From NCBI GenBank assembly GCA_010093605.1, contig MU004191.1, positions 289,397 to 342,185 of the forward strand: DNA of 52,789 nt, written 5' to 3'. Of this stretch, positions 48,801 to 52,789 are shown piece by piece. Under the pieces are notes generated by a model, which ran no database searches, was not told where the DNA came from, and worked only from the letters and a program-made list of their open reading frames with translations. This DNA is from Lophium mytilinum. Taxonomy: Eukaryota. Positions within the stretch are counted from its first letter, which is position 1, and each line of letters starts with the position of its first letter. The position numbers and the translations under genes are program-made.

Positions 48801-51343
48801 AGAGGGATATTACTGTGTTAGAATAATACCCGGCAAAGAGTAGAAGATAGCCTTTAGAATAAGGTTTAGACTCTATAAGTATAGGGTAATACCCTTTAGC
48901 TTAACTAATACCCTAGTAATATTCTAAGTGCTTATTAACTATGCGCTATAATAATATCTTAACGTGTTTATAACTATATATCTAGATAATATATTAGTAT
49001 ATACTAATAGAACCTTAGAAGAATATAAGAAATATATATAAAAAGTACTTATAAAGCTATAAGAGTTTAGACTTCTAGTATACCTAGATAAAAGCGAGTT
49101 TTATATTATAATAATAGACTTCCTTAGCTTTATTATCTTCCGCAATGGAATTAAGATAGACCTAAAGAAGACTATAGCGGTTTTAGAATAGCTAACGCTA
49201 TAAAATATAAAGAATATATAGTTATTTCTTAGTTTTATAAACTTCTATAGAAAGTTTATTTAGGGATATTTAAAAACCACCGCACCCCTTATAGAGATAA
49301 CTAAGAAAGATAAGGGATTTTAATAGACAGTAGAAATGTAGACTACGTTTAATAAACTTAAGAAGAAGTTTACTACCGCCCTAATCCTAATAATATTTAA
49401 CCCGGAACTAGAAATAATAGTTAAGGTAGACGCCTTAGACTATGCTATAGGCGCTTACTTAAGTTAAAGGCACCTAGATAGAAAACACTAACTAGTAGTA
49501 TTCTATTTAAGAAAACTTACTCTAGAAGAACTTAACTATAACATCTATAATAAGGAGTTATTAGTAATTATAGTAGCATTTAAGTAATAGAGACTCTACC
49601 TTAAAGGACTAAGGTACTAGGTAATAGTCTACTCTAACTATAAGAACCTTACAGCCTTTACTACTATAAAGTAGTTAAATAGATAATAAGTAAGATAGGT
49701 AGAGATGCTAGCCTTATTTAACTTTAAAATCTATTACTAGAAAGGATTAGAGAATAGAGCTATAGACGCGCTTAGCCGCTAATTAGACTATATACTTAGT
49801 ACTAAACTAGTATATAATATAGTACTTATAAGGGCTATAGATAGCACCTTATAATATAATAATCTAAAACTAGTAGTAATACTTAAGATAAGTAACGCTT
49901 AGATAGATAAATTCTAGAAAGAAGATAGATATATAGAGGCCTTCTAATATAATACTTCTATAATCTTAGATAAAGATAGTAACTAGATATACCTAATAAA
50001 GAGAACGTTATAGGTACTAGAAGCGTGCTGTAAGAAACTTACTAAGAAATACTATAGCGCGCTAATGTATAGATACTAAGGATAAGAAAAAACCTTAGAG
50101 AGACTCTTAAGAAACTACTAGTTTCTCTAGATAAGGGTAATAGTAAAAGAAGTAATTAAGAACTATAAAGACTGCGGAAAAAATAGAATAGTAAGATACG
50201 CACCCTATAGATTACTTTAGAACCTAAGGGTTTTTAAATAACTATAGAATTTAGTAATAATAGACTTTATTATAAAGTTACCCCTATTAGTAGAACTAGA
50301 AACTAATATAAGCTATAACTTAATCTTAGTACTTATTAATTAACTTACTAAATTCTTATACTTTATACTAGTATAAGAAATATATAGTGCAGCTAAACCT
50401 AGCTTATATAGTACTATAAATCCTACTAAGTAGCTACTAGCTACCTAAGGAATTTATTACTAATAGAGATAAACTCTTTATTTTATACTTCTAGAAGACC
50501 CTTATAGTAAGGTTAGAGGTAAACTATAAGCTCTTAATAAGTTTCTACCTATAGATAGATAGATAGATAGAATAAATAAACTAGACTCTTAAATAGTACC
50601 TATAAAACTATATTAACTATTAGTAGAATAACTAGGTAGAACTACTATCTATAGTATAGTTTACCTATAATAGCGCTAAATTAGCTATAACTAGCAAGTC
50701 CCTATTTTATATAAACTATAGCTATAAGCTAGAGGTATATTAGAAAGCTAGGGAAGATATAATAAATATATAAATAGTAATAGAAAAGGCGGCGTTGCTA
50801 AGAAACTTACACGCATATCTTAACTAAAGTATTTAGGCTAGAAATAAGATAACTTAGGTATATATAGATAAGAAACGGTTAAATAGACTAACCTTTAAAA
50901 AGGGGGATAAGGTTTACCTATACTAAAAAAACCTTAAGACTAGAAAACCTAGTAAAAAACTTAATTACATTTAAATAGGACTATTTAAAGTTAATAAAGT
51001 TATTAGTTCTATAAACTATAAACTAAAACTACTAAAGAATATAAAAATCTACCTAGTATTCTACGTATTACTACTTAAACTAGCACTAGTAAACGCTAAA
51101 CTCTAAACTGCTATATAACTTAAGAAGAAGGATAAATATAAGGTTAAAGAAATCTTAGAACTATAGAAGATTAATAATTAGTAGAAGTACTTAGTTAGGT
51201 AGAAAGAATAGAAAATAGACTAAAATACCTAGAAACCTATTAAGAACCTAAGGAACTGCTAATAATTAGTAAACTAGTTTTACTAAAGGAATCTAGTAGC
51301 GCTAGATTTTAGGTAGAGGGAGACTCTAGGGCAGCCTAATTAA
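45860..51343 (+). pseudogene. gag-pol relic of the chromovirus (boundaries approximate)
   Basis: De-RIP motifs: CCHC knuckle 46664-46705, protease LVDSG ~47929-47943, RT YLDDILVY at 48979, RNase H DASDYAIGA ~49429 and NYDIHDKELLA ~49534, integrase MDFIVKLP ~50260, chromodomain YEVEEIL..YLVRWK..NTWEP ~51136-51250. Confidence 0.9.
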
Positions 51344-51821
51344 CATTTACTAGCAGGTTAAAGAACCCGGGTAATAGCTATCTAGAGAATTAGGCGGCGG
51401 CTAGCTTCTCTACCTCTTCTAAATTCTCTAACTTCTTAATAGAAGTAAGCTTCTGCTTAAATATTTTCTTATAGTAATACTTAAGAAGCTAGAGTTACTT
51501 CTAAATATAAATCTTGCGCGTAAGTACTACTTACTCTACCTCTTTATAAGTAAGTATAGCCGCCTCTATAGTAACTAGCTAAGCCTAGAGCTTAGCCTCT
51601 ACTTTCTTAACTTAAGTCTAGTATTTTTTAGTTACTACTAGATTATAGGACTTTAGGTTGTAATTAAGGTACTTAGAATACTAACTAAATATAGTATCTA
51701 CTAAATAGTACTAATAGAAGCGCTAATAGTTTCTATAGAGAGTTAGTATATTATAATTATAATTATAAATCTTAGAGGCTAGACATTTATAATAGATAGT
51801 TAAGGTTTTAACCTTAGGTAT
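51309..51821 (-). pseudogene. Antisense extra ORF of the retrotransposon: RIP-degraded Zn(II)2Cys6-like cluster followed by a coiled coil
   Basis: One minus-strand frame whose only stops are TAG/TAA. TAT/TAC codons (RIP of TGT/TGC) fall at C-x2-C-x6-C-x8-C-x2-C-x7-C spacing (51737-51645), followed by a Glu/Lys/Leu/Ala-rich helix. Confidence 0.7.
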
Positions 51822-51941
51822 AGCGAGGAGAAGAAAGAGTAGAGGATACTACCTTAAGAGTATAGGGGTATCCCTAGCCTTATATAGAACTAAGATAGTA
51901 TAAATTAACTTTTAGGCTAAAAGCCTTATAGAAGGAGTAAG

Positions 51942-52672
51942 TATTATAAACCTAGAATATAAGCTATTCTAGAATAAGTATTCTAGAAGGAGGACGGCTC
52001 TAGAATAGATATTCTAGGACTAATAGTATGCTAGAATATAGGCTATTCTAGGATAAATATTCTAGAATAAGTATAGTTCCAGGATAGAAATACTAGAACC
52101 TAAGGGGACCTAGTATAGTAAGATAGATATAGTTCTAGCTATATCTATATATAGAAGGGTATTTAGAGAATAGTAGAAAGGTAACTAGAAAAGGTAGTAG
52201 TTATAGGATATAAGGTTATATAACTAATCTTCCGGATTTTACTTAGTATAAACACTAAGGGTAAGATTAAGAAGAGTAGAAAGTAATCTCTATAATCTTA
52301 GTAATCTTATATTAAGAATAGAGATTAGGGAGGATAGAGAGAGTAGGACTAAATTATATAAAGGTTAAATAACTATAAGAGTCTAGAGAATTCTCTATTA
52401 TCTTTTATTCTTTATACTTAACTTCTTATTATATCTAGCATATAGAACTTAACAGCAATTAATTATAACTTAAGTATCTTAACTATCTTTATATACTTCT
52501 AATACTATTAAAGCTACCTTTCTTCTAATATTCTACTTATTTACACTTAAACCTTATATTATGTGTTAGCCTATAACGCAGTTAACTAGCAGGTAAATAG
52601 AAATCTAACTATCTAGACTCTCCCTCTAAAGTCCCTTAGTGTAATCTTTAGGTAAATAGGTAGTTTATAATA
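51942..52672 (+). repeat. 3' LTR (731 bp)
   Basis: Colinear with the 5' LTR and followed by the TSD CTAAG. Confidence 0.95.
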
Positions 52673-52789
52673 CTAAGCTAGTACTATCTTATTACCTCTT
52701 ACGCTTTTATTTTCTAGTCTTTTATATAAAGTATATTATATTAATTCTAGTTAATATAGTTATTAATAAAAAAATAGGTAGAGTCTAGG

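Larger units (their letters stand above)
44996..52672 (+). mobile_element. Full-length Ty3/Gypsy chromovirus LTR retrotransposon, RIP-inactivated (7677 bp)
   Basis: Two 731-bp LTRs with TATTAT..ATAATA ends (RIP form of TG..CA), 5-bp TSD CTAAG at 44991-44995 and 52673-52677, purine tract before the 3' LTR, and domain order gag-PR-RT-RH-IN-chromo. Confidence 0.96.
37100..52789. other. AT-rich, RIP-mutated repeat compartment
   Basis: Abrupt loss of GC, extreme TpA excess (TAG/TAA/CTA/TATA), depletion of CpA/TpG and essentially no ORFs over 15.7 kb. Confidence 0.97.

Noticed and set aside
37100..52789. Organellar DNA, contamination or telomere as explanation for AT richness
   Set aside because: TpA-biased transitions and recognisable TE domains indicate RIP; no organellar genes or TTAGGG arrays were seen. 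Centromere identity cannot be judged from sequence alone.

Overview
Window from a filamentous ascomycete (Pezizomycotina) genome, shown by short GT-AG introns with CTAAC-type branch sites, fungal gene families and RIP. It has two sharply separated compartments. (1) 1-37.1 kb is GC-balanced and gene-dense. It holds a 5'-truncated repeat protein, a Zn2Cys6 transcription factor, a Sec24/Sfb3-type COPII subunit, a small conserved membrane protein, a CYP65-like P450 and mitochondrial GatB (PET112). An accessory-looking island follows at 17.3-29.2 kb: two HET-domain genes (one with a single premature stop), two inverted paralogous QIP/Gfd2-like DEDDh exonucleases with CCHC knuckles, and an HExxH protein, mostly bracketed by a ~170-bp direct repeat. 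After it come a 1-Cys peroxiredoxin, an AtuA/DUF1446 gene, a Rei1/TRI15-like C2H2 gene and an F-box-like gene. (2) 37.1-52.8 kb is AT-rich, heavily RIP-mutated DNA. It contains a DD34E Tc1/IS630-type transposase relic, unassigned coding relics, an assembly gap and a complete 7.7-kb Ty3/Gypsy chromovirus with 731-bp LTRs and a CTAAG target-site duplication. This element also carries a RIP-degraded antisense ORF with Zn(II)2Cys6-like spacing and a periodic motif array in its LTRs. Exon boundaries and de-RIP translations were read by eye; no database searches were run.
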